Shown in pieces: positions 61,832-64,000 of a stretch of DNA of 64,000 nucleotides. Numbering within the stretch: position 1 is the first letter of the stretch; every line of letters starts with the position of its first letter. Position numbers and translations under genes: made by a program. The notes below the pieces were generated by a model. The model was not told where the DNA came from. It was given only the letters and a program-made list of their open reading frames with translations, and searched no databases. Source of the stretch: Lophium mytilinum (taxonomy: Eukaryota); contig MU004194.1 of NCBI GenBank assembly GCA_010093605.1, forward strand, positions 192,156 through 256,155, given 5' to 3'.

Positions 61832-64000
61832 TCAGGAGGTTACGCCTAAACCAACGGGACCATGGTTTGCTCGATTAGAAACACCTCCGTCCTCCATGCC
61901 CTTCCCTATAAAGTCCTTGAAGTCCAACCCAACGTCTGTCAGCATTGCTGCATGTGTGTGCGCTTGGTCCATGCACTCTTTCCACAGCGGGCTCTCAGTA
62001 TCCACGCTGCTCAACTGGCGTGCTAATATTACGTTGAACTCGTCGATGTGCTCTTTCGCCCACTTGATGCACGCGGACATCATGACGTGCGGGAAGCAAT
62101 TCTGGTAGATATGTACCGTATTCTTGATGATGGTGAAGTAGATGAAGGAGATTTGGTAGATATACTCGGGAAGGTGGCCCTCGAATATGCATTGTCTGGA
62201 AATGATTAGTCTTGTGCCGGAGAAAGAAGACATTGGGCAGTGTTCACCTAGATCGCGTCTTGATTACGGCACTCCTTGCTTCAAGATATGCATCCCTAGC
62301 TCTATCCTCAAAGCCGAGCCTGGAAACCCAGTGGACGTGAGTCTTCGCCGACGTCAACCACGAATGATTCTCGACCAATTGGCGTATCAGTACTGTTGCA
62401 AGTTTCGCGGCTCTTTCGTTGACTTTGAAAGTGAGAAGGTTCTGAGCAACGGCATTGCTTTTAATGTTCTTTGCCAATGACTTCAGCTTCTCCACTCTAG
62501 ACACAGCCTTTTCAAAGCGTTGGAGAGCAATGTCGATGTCCAGATCATCCAGCTGGCTTTCCACCCATCGAATGCTCTGTTGCTTCCCATCCACATCCAC
62601 AAACATACTCGACCTATGATTCACTGTGTTCTCGGACAAACTCTCTAAAAGATCGGCCTTCTTTAGAATGCTCAGATCCCTGGTGGCAAAATAGTTGACA
62701 GAGTCTTGCTGCTTTCCTCGCTCTTCAGTCTCGACCTCCATAGTCCTTCGAAGGTCCTCCAAGGTTTTGCGGTAGGTAGAAAGTAGCGTGTTCTTCTCGC
62801 TTACATCAGAGCCGTACACAGCAAAGGTATACGATTCTGTGCCGACACGAATATTAATTGCATCCGTTGTTCCCTTTCCTTCACGTTCACGACCTCCAGG
62901 AGCAGACCGAGAAGACAAGTCTGCCAGCTGAACATCCTGAAGAGGCCAACACCGTTGCGCGACTAGTTGTGTCTGGATTTGATTCTTCTTCTGCTTTACG
63001 TCTCGCGGATTTTGCCCTGCCATATCCGCTCTCTTCTTCTCCGAGGCCACTAGAAAGTGGTCATTAAGCAAGATCAAGTGGATCCGCCGCCTGATCTTCC
63101 AAGTAGCAGCGTTCAATTCTACCCATTTCCCGGATTCGTGGATTATGTGCCGCCCAGGTATTGCGGGCAAATACTTCTGCGATCCTTCGACGCGTTTCCA
63201 TAAAGTTTGAAGATGCGAGTTCCACAGAGCCTCCAGATTGGCAACGGAGCTCCTATTGGCCTGCTTTCTTGCGGTAATGGCATCCCCTCCCAATCCAGAT
63301 GCAGATGTAGTCTGTCCCAACGTGCTTGTCAGCTCAGACATCAAGGTCCTAAGCATCCGCATTTCGCCCTTCAGCTTCTCTGCCTCTTTACTAATCTTGA
63401 TGAACTGGGTTCGATTCTGATACACATTGTGCTGGAGGTCGGTCGAGGTGCGGTTCTTCAATTTACGTAGTTTGTCCTGGTAATCTCGAATGTCCTGTTC
63501 TGAAGCATCTGAGAGCAACGTGGCAACATCTACGGATAGTCAGTAGACGGAGCGTGCAAACAATAATAGCCACCTACACTGCTCAGGGCGCAAGTTTGGA
63601 TCCCTCAGTGCCTTCTCGTCGACCTTCACCCGCTGCCCATCAGAGCTTCCAGGAGGCCTCCCATCCCTTGATGGCGGCTGGCTTGCATACTGGCCTGGTA
63701 TCCCAGGCATTGTGGGCAGTGGCGGAGCTCCTGCGCCAAAATCTGTAGGCAGATTGGTGAACCGCGTTGAGTACCTCCTCTTCACCAAATCCGCCGTCTT
63801 CTCGCCCTGCGGTGGACGCTGGCGGGGCGCGTCCAATTTCCTAGGCCCAGAGCCATCGCTCGGTCGCAGGCGCTCTGCTCCTATGCCTGAAGAGAGGGTT
63901 CCGGCGGCCAGTCCTGTAGGCATGGGTGCGCTGATCTGCTTCGGGGCGCTGATTTTGGGGCGTACGGAGCGCTTCTTGCGGAGGGAAATCCCCTTGCTCT
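61832..64000 (-). CDS. EXO84: Exocyst subunit Exo84, start just beyond the window end; at least 3 exons
   Basis: DLVKRRYSTRF, DLQHNVYQNRTQFIKISKEAEKLK, VEGSQKYLPAIPGRHI, PH-like LLNDHFLVA, LGFEDRARDAYLEARS, VGLDFK. Confidence 0.95.

Overview
Gene-dense, intron-containing eukaryotic DNA from a filamentous ascomycete (Pezizomycotina, probably a Dothideomycete; inferred from 50-70 nt GT-AG introns with CTRAC branch points and from the gene set). It holds about 22 protein-coding genes, mostly housekeeping: YAH1, UGO1, YAR1, a WW protein, a Zn2Cys6 transcription factor, an Adl1-type ATP-dependent DNA ligase, a DUF1295 protein, ERG20, CDC23, a La-motif/Arb1 fusion, ZTA1, a GH72 Gel/Gas enzyme, a GEA/GBF1 ARF-GEF, ANP1, MTR3, a tandem Myb-like protein and EXO84. 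Orphans and decayed relics lie between them. No rRNA, tRNA, CRISPR array, intact transposon or biosynthetic cluster was recognised. Best leads: (1) an Argonaute-chaperone Arb1 fused behind a La RNA-binding motif; (2) an oversized, structured intron in YAR1 that may host an ncRNA; (3) an 84-bp element with 30-bp inverted repeats just upstream of ZTA1; (4) an orphan ORF with 33-aa tandem, UIM-like repeats; (5) frameshifted relics of a PKS-type thioesterase and possibly an APH-like kinase; (6) an 80-aa two-exon microprotein behind a 5.5-kb gene-poor region. Exon boundaries were read by eye and family assignments come from remembered motifs, not database searches.
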